From: Lepidodermella squamata
Taxonomy: Eukaryota; Animalia; Gastrotricha
Length of the DNA stretch: 64,000 bases
Assembly: GCA_047495785.1 (NCBI GenBank)
Contig: JBLDXI010000024.1
Coordinates: forward strand, 2,666,001-2,730,000
Direction: 5' to 3'
A program made the translations under genes and the position numbers. Under the pieces are notes generated by a model, which made no database searches, was not told the DNA's origin, and saw nothing but the letters and a program-made list of their open reading frames with translations. Of the stretch, positions 1 to 12,148 are shown one piece after another (within the stretch, counting starts at the first letter, position 1; every line of letters begins with the position of its first letter).

Positions 1-1097
1 AGTTTGAGTTTGGTCGGGGTTACAAAATCCCGAAGTGTAGGACCGTGGATGAGTACAAAAACTATATCGAACAAATGGCGGCTGTTGATTCGCCCGAATG
101 TTTCGGCCTTCATATGAATGCTGATATCATCTATCAGACTAATACGGCTAATCAAATGCTATCGACTATCATGTCTATTCAGCCGAAAGATGCGGGATCT
201 GGGGCTGGGGAGACTCGAGAATCTGTTGTCTATCGATTAGCTGATGAAATGCTGCAGAAGTTACCGTTGGACTACAACCCTCATGAGGTGAAGGAGCGAT
301 TGAAGAAACTAGGCCATTTGCAGCCTTTGAACATTTTCCTACGTCAAGAAATCGCGAGGATGCAGAGAGTTATCGCAGCTGTTCGAAGCACCTTAACTGA
401 TCTAAGACTCGCAATTGATGGTACTATAATCATGAATGAGTCGCTGAAAGACGCTTTGGATGCGTTGTTTGATGCGAGAATTCCGACTGGTTGGAGAAAG
501 GTCTCGTGGGACTCAGCCACCTTAGGATTCTGGTTTACTGATTTATTGGACCGCAACCAGCAATTTTACACCTGGGTGAACAGCGAACGGCCAGATTGCT
601 TCTGGCTGACAGGATTCTTCAATCCCCAAGGCTTTTTAACCGCAATGAGACAGGAAATAGCCCGAGCTCATAAGGTATTAGGAAAACTAAAAAAAAATCC
701 GCCTTAATATAATATTTTTATTTTTCAGGGCTGGGCGTTAGATGCAGTTGTTTTGGCGAATGAAGTGACGAAGTTGAATAAGGAGGACGTGAATCACGGC
801 CCGCAGGAGGGTGTCTACATTTACGGGCTTTACATAGAAGGCGCTGGATGGGACAGGCGAAATTGCCGCTTGACTGAATCCTTACCTAAAGTCCTCTACA
901 CTGGAATGCCTGTCATATGGGTGTACGCTGTGAATGCAGAGAATAAGCCGAAAAATGCGAATTGCTACGACTGTCCTGTGTACAAAAAGCCACGACGCAC
1001 TGATTTGACCTACATTTTCCCGCTACAATTGAAAACGGCTAAGGATCCTGATCACTGGGCTATGCGCGGAGTTGCCCTACTTTGTGACACAAAATAA
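1..1097 (+). CDS. Axonemal dynein heavy chain, outer-arm gamma type (DNAH5/DNAH8-like), 3' end; exons <1-674 and 729-1097
   Basis: Motifs [57 protein letters not shown] and C-terminus [19 protein letters not shown] intron at 675-728 joins ARAHK to GWALD. Confidence 0.93.
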
Positions 1098-2122
1098 AAA
1101 AATTATGTCTTGAAAATCTAAAATAATTTAAAAAATTTGAACTAAAATTATTGCATTTTTTTCTCGTCAATCAATGCACGGACCTGTAATTTCTCACCCG
1201 CAATAAAATATCGGTTAAGTGTAATTAATTTGTTAATTATTTATGCCACTGCTCTCTCGAGGGCTGTATGCCATGAAAAAATATATCGCAGATTTTCCTG
1301 TGAATAGAAAGAGTAAATATCAGCAAGATCTTCTCCTGCGCGTACCTGAAGGCTATTTGGTTACAAAATCTTCCTTTAGGATTGATTGAATTTCCACTCT
1401 GCTGAAGGTTCCCTCGTTCATAAGCAAACACTACTACACCATTGAGCCATAATTAGTCAGAGTAATAAACCGCAACGCTGTGGCCCGAAGCCATCGAGCT
1501 GCAAAGCGTTTTTCCCAGGATAACATTGAGCCTGAAAACCGCGACTATTTACAGATTGATTTTCTCTCTGTAGTTGAATAAAACTGCAAAACGATGAGTT
1601 ACGTTGCTAAGCATTTCAACTCAATTCTACCCCTACTCCTTTTTGCGATCCAGATTATCGGGGCTATAACTGGCACGTTTGGTGAGCTCAGCAATTCCTT
1701 TGTTTTGGAAGTTTTTGAAATCGTTTCTCTTATATTTAAAAGGCGGAGTTTTAGTCGAAAATTATCGTGATTTAGAATCAGCAAATTCTAAGTTATAAAT
1801 CATGGAATTGGATCCGCATTAAATCTACAATCATCATAAAATAGACTCTTTTCTGTCATTGACTAAAATTTGCAATTTTTTATATAATATTATATCCAGT
1901 TTTTGTAAATAAATAAACGATTTACCTATTTTGAGTCGCGATTGCGTCCAAATTGAGGCTGCTTTATTGACTACAGGATTTCCGTGACAGCCCGAGGGTA
2001 TCATCATTCAACTCAATCACAGCGAATAATAATTAATCACTCCTCAGGGTGTTTCCTCCAGTATGCATTCATGGTCCGGTGTCATCCAGTGGTATATCCG
2101 AATTTTTTCTTTAAACTGGAAA

Positions 2123-4128
2123 ATGATTTCAGCACGAAATATTTTGTTCGCAATTTGTTGCCAAGCTGTTGTTTCGCTTGATATCAACTACTACTACAAC
2201 GAGACCGAACAAGCGGAACCTGAAGTTGGCTCGCTCAGCGTGAATGATTTATACAAATCCGATGTTGATGGTGAGTCAGAGGTTTTTATAATAAATTCTT
2301 AAAATTTACGTAAATTATTTTGAGTTGGCTCTGAGTTCCAGTTGAGGCAATTAATTTACGATGGCTATTCGTCCTGGGCTCGGCCTAGGCGGAACTCAGT
2401 TGAATCCGTTGCCGTCAACCTGTCTATGAAGTTGTTCGCGGTCGATGACATTGTAAGATTTTACCATAAATCTTCATCCCTGTAACTATCTGAAAATTTC
2501 CAAGATCGAAAAGGAGCAAATCATGGTTTTAACCGCAACAATTACAGCAACTTGGGAAGATGATTTCCTGAAATGGAACGAGTCGAAATTTGCGGCTATT
2601 CCATTTCTAGTCGTTGATTGGGACGACGTTTGGACGCCAGATTTCGCTGCGATTTCGATAAGCCACCTTAAATTTTTTGAAATTTTTTTTCGAACTTTGC
2701 CCTTAATTTTTTACAGCAAGGAAATGTACACGTTGGCGCATGCTGAAGGCATCGATGTCAATATAGACTCATCGGGGAAGGTTATCTATAACCCAAAGGC
2801 GAGCTTTGAAACGGCTTGCCAGTTCGATTTAACGTATTTTCCGTTCGATCTGCAATACTGTCGGGTCGCGTTCGAAGCTTGGACGTATTTGCCAATGCAG
2901 CAATATTTCGTGTTGGATGCTGATCCGATCGACCTAACGAACTATACGCCGAATGAACAGTGGAAGTTGCTATCGATTACCTATCAAAGCTACATTAATT
3001 GCCCGGAAAATGCGACTGGGTCTAATTGCAATGCAGGGGTAAATTTATTCAAATTTAAAATAATTTAAAAATTAAATTGAAAAATTTGAAATTTGAAAAT
3101 GCAATTTTTAAATATTTTTTTCAGGTCTATTTTGATTTTGAGCTCGAAAGGAAAAGCCATTATTATCAAAGTAAGTCTTCCGTTTTTTTTTAATATATAT
3201 TTTTTTAATTCTTTGCTATTATTCTACAGTGGTGATCATCATACCAGTTGTGGTCATCAGTATAACCGAACTTTCTACCTTTATTCTACCTATGGGAGAT
3301 GCTACAAAACTCCATGTATCATTCGTCAGCCTCTTATCATTTACAATTTTCCAGGTAAAATTTCCTAAAATTTGATTCGAATTTTAATTAATTTTAATTA
3401 CAGAGTGAAATGAACAAAGAACTTCCCCGCTCTTCGGACCATCCTCGTAATATTTAAAAAAAAATTTAAAATTTAATTTACTGTGATTTTTCATACAGCC
3501 TTGGTCGTAAAATTTCTACTCATCGAAATGGCCTTCATCGCTGTTGCCATCATAGGCGAAGGGATATCGTTTCACGTCACGGATATCGGAAGAACTAAAG
3601 CTGTAAATGAACTATCTCAACCCTAATTAATTTGAGTTTCGATTTTTCCCCCAGAAAATGTCGAAAGGCCTGATTTTAATCACGAAAATGCTGAGCTATT
3701 CAGTCCAGGTAGACATGCGTGATTTGTTCGATCTGCGCGAGTCTGAGGAGAAGTACGACCAAAATCGATTCGTGAATAAGCCGACAAAGGGGAAACTCAA
3801 AATGCCGACAATCCCCAAGAAATGTAACAAAGTCGACGTTAAATCGAAGACGAAATCGTTGATCCACGATGAAGACAGGCTGATACATATTGATAAGGAG
3901 GAAAAGGCCATCGAGGATCGAGCTGTAGAGGAGTATTACGATCATCAGATCTGGTATTTGCTGGCCTATACGATTTCGCGTTTCGTGTCCCTGCTCTACA
4001 TTGCGGCTATGATTTTGACGCCGATCGCTCTTTTCTTGATAAATATAAACGATGAAGCCGCTTATTACAGGGAACTTCATGGGTCACTCAACTACACCGA
4101 TGCGAAAATTTTGCAAGTCAATTTGTAA
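2123..4128 (+). CDS. Cys-loop ligand-gated ion channel subunit (divergent nAChR-like), multi-exon, paralog A1
   Basis: Signal peptide, WTPD loop A, Cys-loop CQFDLTYFPFDLQYC, EAWTY loop B, NEQW, four hydrophobic TM segments spread over short exons, stop at 4126-4128. Includes a non-canonical intron at 2658-2714. Confidence 0.88.
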
Positions 4129-4904
4129 TGACCTATTAAATTTGGACTGCGATCTAAATCGATTTTTGGACTTCATAAAAAAACATTTCAAATTCATGTA
4201 ACATATTATAGCTGTTTTGTTTCGAATAAAAATGTACAACTAATTTCTGTGATTTGTGACCAGGTAAAAATTCATCCTCGTCGAAAGCATTTTATTTAAT
4301 AAATTTAGACTATTATTTGAAATATTCATATAATAGGTATGACACAGAAGAAAACCAACCTGATCAGCTTCCAGTAGGATAATCGGTTAATTTGAAAATG
4401 CTACGTGAAATGAGTCTAAATATTTACGAATATTGTCTCTTCCTATACTAATAAAAGATTTGTAAAATCGATGCTTGGAATCGATACCTACTCGATATCG
4501 GTTCTGGCGGCTGAAAGTTATAAATAAGTTTGACTGAAACTAGGTCAAATCGACTGGATATGCTGGTACTAGAGTCAAATTACTCTTCAACACTCAACAC
4601 CCAGCGGATCGTCTCGTGCGAAGAACTGCGGGCAGAAAATCATAACTTTTGACAATATTGAGAGAAATTGGGACAAGGTGTCGGCCCAAAGCTGGAAAAT
4701 TATTAATATATTTGTTCCGAAAATATGCCAACATGTAAATAATTGGTTAGAAACTTCAGGAGATCGATTTCTAAGAGTTTTCGAAGGATCTGGTCAAGAT
4801 TCCGTTTATAATGCGAGGGGTCAAAATTCACCTCTATGATTCATGATTCATTTGAAAAATAATGACCTTTACATGATGCACTACGACCTTTACAATTCTC
4901 AGAT

Positions 4905-5472
4905 GCACATTTTCAGGCCCGCTTAAGTTTCCTCAACGCGCGCGCTCCTATTGGCTGGCGTTTTGTGCGTGCGATTGCGCAACACTTGTGAGCGCGCGCA
5001 CAATGCGAGCAAACAAATTACTGAATATTCTTAAGCTAGATTCACAAATTGCAAAATGTTCGCCGGGCAGAGTGTTCGCTGCGAACAAACGCTTCAGTGC
5101 GGCGAATAACAGATCGTAATCAGGGCGAACAGGGCAAATGTTCGCCAAAACTGTTCACAAATTCGGTGTGTTCGGTGTGTAAAGCGAAAATGTTCTACGT
5201 GTGATGAAAATTTGTCGTCTGAATTTTCGTTAACGCGCGCGCTCACAAGTTACTAGTGCGTGCGCGCATTACTTTGAATGCACGTAAAACATTTCCGATT
5301 TGCATTTTTCGAGCGAGAACCCCATATTCAATCGATTCCAAATTTAATAAATTTCATTTTGATATAAAAACCGCCGGTAAATTCGAAAGTTATCCTTTAT
5401 CATTCATTGACCGCGTGGCCGACCAATCAGAGTGCGCGCGTGGAGGAAACTTAGGCGGGCCTGAAAATGTGC
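4905..5472. mobile_element. Non-autonomous TIR element (MITE), Mutator-like
   Basis: TIRs of about 55 bp (GCACATTTTCAGGCCCGC...GCGGGCCTGAAAATGTGC) and a perfect 9-bp TSD TTCTCAGAT (4896-4904, 5473-5481). Same TIR family as 51266-56199. Confidence 0.9.
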
Positions 5473-5757
5473 TTCTCAGATTGTTTGTAAAATTATCCGG
5501 AATCAGTCGATCAAATCAATGATCGGTTGAGCGAACAGGGAACAGTAGGTACAACATCAGACTCTTACGATCGCAAAATAGACTGAAAGAACGTGTAATA
5601 GGAATTACGCAACACAGCAATTCGAAATTCGCAACAAATGAGACAATTTTCAGAGAAAATTCGTGTACAAAAATTATCCTTATTATCCTTATTAGATTAT
5701 AAATTGCGGTACTTCGATAAAATTTTCGCAGCAAACCATTTTTCCTAATAAAACATC

Positions 5758-8700
5758 ATGTCGTCCCTGTCGATGAGCTCGTTATGCTACCTGACGTCGT
5801 CCGAATTATCACCGGACAAAATCAGGCGACTGGCCGATATCGCCATCAACATTCGAATTCACGCGATCCGAGCAACTTCGGCTGCTGGAGTGGGGTAAAA
5901 AATTCTGCAAAATTTGAAAATAATTTTGTAAAAATAATAAATTAATCATTCTCCTATGTTTCCATTTTTTACAGCCATGTCTCGTCTGCGGCCTCGATCG
6001 CAGAAATTCTCGCCGTTCTATTCTTCGATTCGATGCACTACGACCCTGACAACTATCGCGACCCGGCAAATGACCGCTTCGTCATGTCGAAAGGCCACGG
6101 CTGCAGCGGGCTCTACGGCGCCCTGGTCGAAGCCGGATGCTACCCGGCGGACGATCTCGACAAATTTCGAACTTTCGACTCAACCTTCGAAGGCAATCTG
6201 ACGCCGCGATTGAAAGAAATCGACACTGCTACAGGGTCGCTAGGCAACGGCCTGTCCCATGCTGCTGGTATGGCCTATGTCGGGAAATACCTGGAAAACA
6301 ACGCGCCCTATCGAGTTTTTTGCGTTGTTGGCGATGGCGAAATCGAGGAAGGGTCAATCTGGGAGGCTTTGTCTTTCGCCTCGCACTACGGCCTCGACAA
6401 TTTGATCCCGATAATCGATATCAATCGATTGGGCGAGACTGGCCCGACGATGCTTCGAGACAGGACTGATGCTATTCGGCGGCGGTTCGAAGCGTTTGGC
6501 TGGCATTGTACTCTGATTGATGGCCATGATGTTGAGCTGGTGGCGATCGCCCTGCAATCGGCTCGAAGTGACGGCCAGTTGAGCTGCATTCTAGCGAAAA
6601 CTTTCAAAGGCAAGTCGCTTAATTGCACAGTAAAATACCCCTTAGGTTTGAAAATTTCGCATACTTGTATCTCTCTAAATTTTCCAATTTCTTAAAAAAA
6701 TTCAATCTTTAGATATTAAATTTTCAAAAGAAAATCTTTCTAAAAATTCAAAATAAAACGTAAAAATTTAATGTCTAATTTATAAAAATTTATGAAAAGT
6801 TTCTTCGAAATTTCGAAAGGGTGTGGCAAGTGCGCACCCTAAATTTAGGGTTCCAGCACTAATTTTAAGACTCCAGCACTAGATTTCCTCTAAATATGGT
6901 TTTTCGAGTTTAATGTCTTCACTAGAATCTAAATTTTATTGCTATAATGCCTAACCAATAGATCTTCATATTGCGCGTGGTTTTCGCTATGAGCGGTCAG
7001 TTTGGTCAAATTATATGTTATACTTCAGCATGCAGAGCAAATATCGATTCCAAGTATCGATTTTACAAATCAGTATTTTTCCGATATCAGCCATCTTGGA
7101 ACCCGACATTGATAATTTTTCTACGTAGCTTAGGGCCCCAGGTAGCTAGAATAAAAATTTCTAGGTTCAGAGGGGGGGGCGACCAGTATCGATCATAAAC
7201 CGAAAACACCAAAATGGCTGAGAATCCGTAAAATGTAGTTCCAGGACGCTTAAATTTAGTGCTGGAATCTCATTTTAAGTGGTGTAAATATTTGGACCAA
7301 TTTCGAAATTGGGTCCAAATAGGATTCGAAATTGATCTCTCTAATGCAATTGAGCTTTCGAAAATACCCGAGAGTTGGGCAAGCACGCTTTAAATTGTCG
7401 ACAATCCGGTGAAAGTGGAAAAATTCTCTAAAATTGCAGGAAAATAAAAAATCGCATTGCCCTATGATTTTCATTTAACTTCCAGAATTTTTTGAGCAAA
7501 ACCTGATTTTTCCCTAAATTCACATCTAGGTATAAGGTGTTCAAGACATGATAATTATACAATTTAATTTATTGACGGCCAAGTTCTTTAAATTCTCATT
7601 TTCTCGCCTTCTGGACTTCTAGGTAGCTGCATTCCTGATGTTGAAGACAAGGAGAACTGGCACGGCAAAGCATTGACTAAGGAACACGCCGAACGTGCAA
7701 TCGCCTACCTTAAAACCAAACTTTCATCGCCAAAAGCCGAGCGACCCAACAGTCACGGCTTGACCCCGGAACGGCCCTATCTCTACCACAACTACGACCC
7801 AGCAGTAAACCTCGCGAAAATCCACCTGCCAAAACCGCCGAATTACGAAATCGGGGCTGAAATCGCAACTCGAGACGCGTATGGCACGGCTCTGGTCAAA
7901 ATTGGCGCAATTGAGCCGCGGACTCTAGTTTTCGACTGCGACCTGAGCGAGTCGACAATGACCTCAAAATTTAAAGACCCCTACCCACGCCGTTTCGTCG
8001 AGTGCTACATCGCCGAGCAGAACATGATCAACGTCGCTGTAGGCGCCTGTTGCCGTGACCGATCGATTTGCTTCGCCAATACCGGCGCCGGGTTTCTGCC
8101 ACGGGCGTACGACCAGTTGCGAGTCGCGTCGATTTCTAGGTCAAATCTCAACATCTGCGGGGCAAATGGCGGCATATCGATGATAAGCGACGGCCCGAGT
8201 CAGATGGGCCTTGAAGATTTGGCCATGTTTCGAGCTCTTGTTAACTGCGTCGCAATTTTCTACCCAAGTGATGCTGTTTCAATGGAACGTGCTGTTGAAT
8301 TAGCGGCGAGATGCCAGGGCGTGACCTACATTCGATCGACGAAATGCGCGACCCAGGTCATGTACGATAATGACGAGCGTTTTCACATTGGGTCAGCTAA
8401 AATTGTTCGCCGGCCGCGTAATGGCGAAGAAAGTGAGTGTTTGATCGTTTCTGCTGGTGTTTGCTTGGCCGAGGCCGTTAAGGTGGCGGATGAGTTGGCC
8501 TTGGACGAGAAAGACCCTGTTCATGTGACTGTTATTGATTTGTTCACGATCAAACCGGTTGATGAGCAGTTCATAGCCGATGCTTTGAATTCTTCGAGTG
8601 GCAATCTGGTGATTGTTGAAGACCATTATCCTGAAGGTAGACAATTTATTGATTTTCGAAACTAAGATAGGTAAAGAGTTCAGTTTAATGAGCTTTAGTG

Positions 8701-9470
8701 ACTTGGAACTAATTTATTCCAATTCCTGATAACCCCAGAACATTTTATAATTTTAATTCGAATTTTTGCCTTCAACTTGACGCTTATGCATCGGAAAATT
8801 GAATGATTTTTTATGAATTGAGCTGATTGATTGAAATTGAATGCTAATCCAGGGTGATCCCAGCAGCCCTTGTGGCAAGGCGTCGGCCTCCTAAGCCGAA
8901 GATTGCGGGTTCGAGTCCCGCCGGGGGTGCACTAATTTTTCGAATTTGTCACGATTTTTTTAAGGAAAAATATAATTAAGGTGACTACAATAAATAAGTT
9001 TTCGCCCCTGGTGGAATCGGAAATAAATCAAAATTAGGCCAAAATCTACTACTTTATGAGCGTCTTAGCCCTCAATTTCTCAGTTTTATCTTAAAGTTTC
9101 GAATTTTTCCCGATCAATTTCGATCCAATATGTTTAGCCAGAAAAATCAACAATTCAATATAAAATTTCATTAAATTAGCAGGAATTTCGAGGTATTTTT
9201 TATTTTGAAGTTAGAGTTCAAGTTCAACTTATTAGATATTAAATAAGGTCAAATCACTAAATTTATAATTTTTTCCTAGGTGGAATCGGAGAAGCTGTAC
9301 TCTCGGCGTTGCAAATTTCCTCCCGCCCACCTGTTAAAATCGAAGCTCTGCGCCACCTGGCTGTGCGTCAGTGTCCCCAAAGTTGCCCTGAAAGCCGCGG
9401 TCTCGAGCATTACGGCATCGGATTTCTTGCGATTCGATCCGCTGTTATGGAAGCCATCGGCAGCCATTAG
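5758..9470 (+). CDS. TKT: Transketolase (metazoan type, divergent active site); exons 5758-5894, 5975-6609, 7623-8636, 9280-9470
   Basis: GHVSS, SKGH, ATGSLG, GDGE..EG..WEA, DINRLG, KTFKG/WHGK, ECYIAEQNM, DGPSQMGLED, EDHY.EGGIGEAV. A GC-AG intron at 6610-7622 gives KTFKGSCIPDVEDKENWHGK, colinear with animal TKT. Confidence 0.9.
8866..8929 (+). tRNA. tRNA-Arg(CCU)-derived gene with about 9 nt deleted from the D arm (probable pseudogene or atypical tRNA), in transketolase intron 3
   Basis: Acceptor stem GCCCTTG/CGGGGGT, anticodon stem TCGGC/GCCGA with loop CTCCTAA (CCT at 8890-8892), T arm GCGGG-TTCGAGT-CCCGC, downstream TTTTT. Only 64 nt long; the D region is reduced to TGGCAAGGCG. Confidence 0.8.
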
Positions 9471-10858
9471 AAAAATGATAACACCTTTTTTACTATTCAC
9501 TATAACTAACTTTATTCAGAGATGATGGGACTATTTGTGAATACGGACATAAAAATGATGTACTACAGTCGACACAGGATGTATAAAATGTATAAAAACT
9601 GCTGTCAAGTGACTTAGAGCCTACTTTCCTCTTACATTTCCGACGCAATCACTTAGCTGAGGTTCCGTCCGCCTAATAATGACCCTGCTCGAGAAGTACA
9701 TAACAAATATCCCGTCTGATTGCAACACTTTATTTGGCGAAAACAAACGCGTGGAGGCGTCGATTTGGCTTCTAGAAACGTCCGATTCTTCCACGTTTCA
9801 GCCTACGCAAATCCTACGCAAATCAGAAGAGGAACCTATTTAAAGCTTAATATTCAAGCGTGGGGAGCTGAACAGCATTGTTTTCATTTTCAAAAAGCAT
9901 TTGTTGTTGCCAAATTGCCTCGCTAGGGTAGATGTTTTTTGGAAATGAGTATGGAAATGAGCTATTTATATCCAAATAACACACAGGCCCTAAATTTGAC
10001 CGTTCGAGCACCTTGATTTTCCGATTTTGCGCAATTTCCGAAATAACTTTTCTTGATATGCCCTAAAACCCCGAGTTCTGCTATTACAGCTACCAAATAT
10101 CCTTGGTTATGTAACTTTAGTATTCTCAATATGAGCTTCATAGACTGCTGATATTGGGGCACCACCGATTATTAAAATCAGTACCGTAACAAATCCGTAA
10201 CAAATGGTAACAAAAATCAGTTTCGAATTTGGAGGTGAAACCTAATAATTGATCGATTTGGCAATTCTAGTCTTTCAGTGCTAAGCCATAAATTTACGTG
10301 AGATAAACGCACCCCTTTGGATTCTCGCAAGGCTTCCCAACAGTGGGTTCCAAGAACTGAGTTCATCCTTTGCGGTTTACGGCTTGTCATACTTTGTTCA
10401 CATGTGTTCACTTTGTTCTCACGGCTTGTCATATTGGTATCATGGTACCATAATTTACAGAACGATATCAAACGTGGTATCATGATTCAGGTGCTACAAC
10501 TCTTTGAGATTCACTTTTTGAACTCCTCTTTCTGGTTCATTTTCACATCGTACTTTGAGTTATGACCTAGTGGGAACTTGGGAGCTGAGCGGATGTCGTG
10601 TACACGTTGTCGCGATATGATGTTCGTTTTACCGTATCAAGTTACGAAGTACCGGAAAGAGTCTGCTTCCCAATTTCCAATCTCGTGACTAGACTCGCCG
10701 TCCATTACCTTACAACATAATGTAACAAGTCATTCGGTCTAAAAAGTGCCCGACTTCCTATACAGATTAACTTCCTTCCTACACATATAGATAGTTCATT
10801 ACTTGTATTAGTCCGGTGTGAACCAACCTGGTAATATATATACTAGTCCCAAAGCTTC

Positions 10859-12148
10859 ATGATGAACAACAATTTGAAGATGAACTATTCGAACTATCCG
10901 GCTATTGGAAAGTCTTGGATCCTCGCTCGGTTTCCTGAGAGAGGTTTCGAACAGCTGAGACCGTATTTTGTGGGGTGGTATCACGATTTGGGAGCTACAA
11001 GTCTCGATCAGCGACTTACATTTGTTCTGCTTTTCTCGGTGTCAACCGTGTTAGTCGCTGTTTCCAATGTCGCTAACATTCTAATCTATCGCAGACGGCA
11101 CGTGCGACGCGATTTTCTCGTTCTAAGCTCAATTTTAGCGGCTAATTGCACAATATTTTGCACGACCTACTGCGTTTTGGTTGCGAAGACTGCGAGAACA
11201 GGATTCTGGGACGGTAATGACATGAGCTGTGTGTTTCTTCAATGGTTCCTCTTCACGTGTGGAACGGCTGGCCCATGGCTGTTTATGCTGATCAGTTACG
11301 AGAGGAAACTATGTCTGCTCTCAAACGACCCGAATTCGAGATCTAACTCAAAAAAGGTGAGATTTGCGATATAAAAACGTTATGTCCGTCACTGGGTCAT
11401 TCCTCTAGGTTGCAATTCTAGCTGGTGTTTCAATGGGTTTCATTTCCCTGACTTGGGCAACTCTTTGTTTCTACCCCCTTCAGTCCTTCACATTGAGGCA
11501 CATAGTCGTACCTGGTGTGAACAATGGCACAGCTGTACCAATCTGCACGAGCTATGACTACAGAATATTCGGGAAATACGATTCTTCGATTCTGGTCACA
11601 ATTTATTACGCGACTGTTGTCATATTAGTGCCGGATTCAATGATAGCTTACAATTATTGGTGAGTATAACGAGTTGTTTGTAGGTCCAATGTTTAAATGT
11701 TGTAAATTCCAGGAAAATTTTCAGTAAGTTCAAATCGCTGAAGAGGCAGATGAGTGCATCACGCTCGCGCGGGAATCTAAGTAACCCGTTTGGAAGTTCG
11801 CACCGATCATTCGCGATTCCGAATCGAAGATCGATACACAAAGAGTGGCAGAAGCGCGAGTTGTTTTTCGTGAAGCAATCCATCGTCTCATTCTTCGCGT
11901 TCACAATTTTCCACGTTCCGGTTCTGATCTCGTTCATTCTCATCATTTTCTACGACGACCTCGGGCCGCGGATTCTGACGGCTGAATTCCACAAGCTGGC
12001 GTCCTTCATGTACATGATTGAAATGATACTCGGGCCGATGATTCAGAGCGTTCGGCCAGGGTTCACCGACGATCTATATCGCCTGAAAAGGTACCTGGCC
12101 TCCATCTTCGCGCCGAAAATTCACGATGTTGCAGTGCTGAATTTTTGA
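10859..12148 (+). CDS. Orphan class A (rhodopsin-like) GPCR, paralog G1, 3 exons
   Basis: Seven hydrophobic segments, TM3 Cys and ISYERK (DRY-equivalent), ECL2 Cys (PICT), TM5 LVP..IAYNY, TM6 FHVP, TM7 GPMIQ. Introns after SKK and within YNYW are shared by all paralogs. Confidence 0.85.

Noticed and set aside
6820-6885. Hairpin, palindrome (CCCTAAATTTAGGG) and CTAG suggesting a Helitron end in TKT intron 2
   Set aside because: Hairpin-to-CTAG spacing is atypical, and no 5' end or second copy could be found.
9002-9022. CCCCTGGTGGAATCGGA, resembling both the next TKT exon start and a reverse tRNA 3' half
   Set aside because: Too short to distinguish from chance; no acceptor AG and no cloverleaf.
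5758-9470. Bacterial horizontal origin for the transketolase
   Set aside because: It has spliceosomal introns and animal-type motifs (DGPSQM, ECYIAEQNM, EDHY.EGG).
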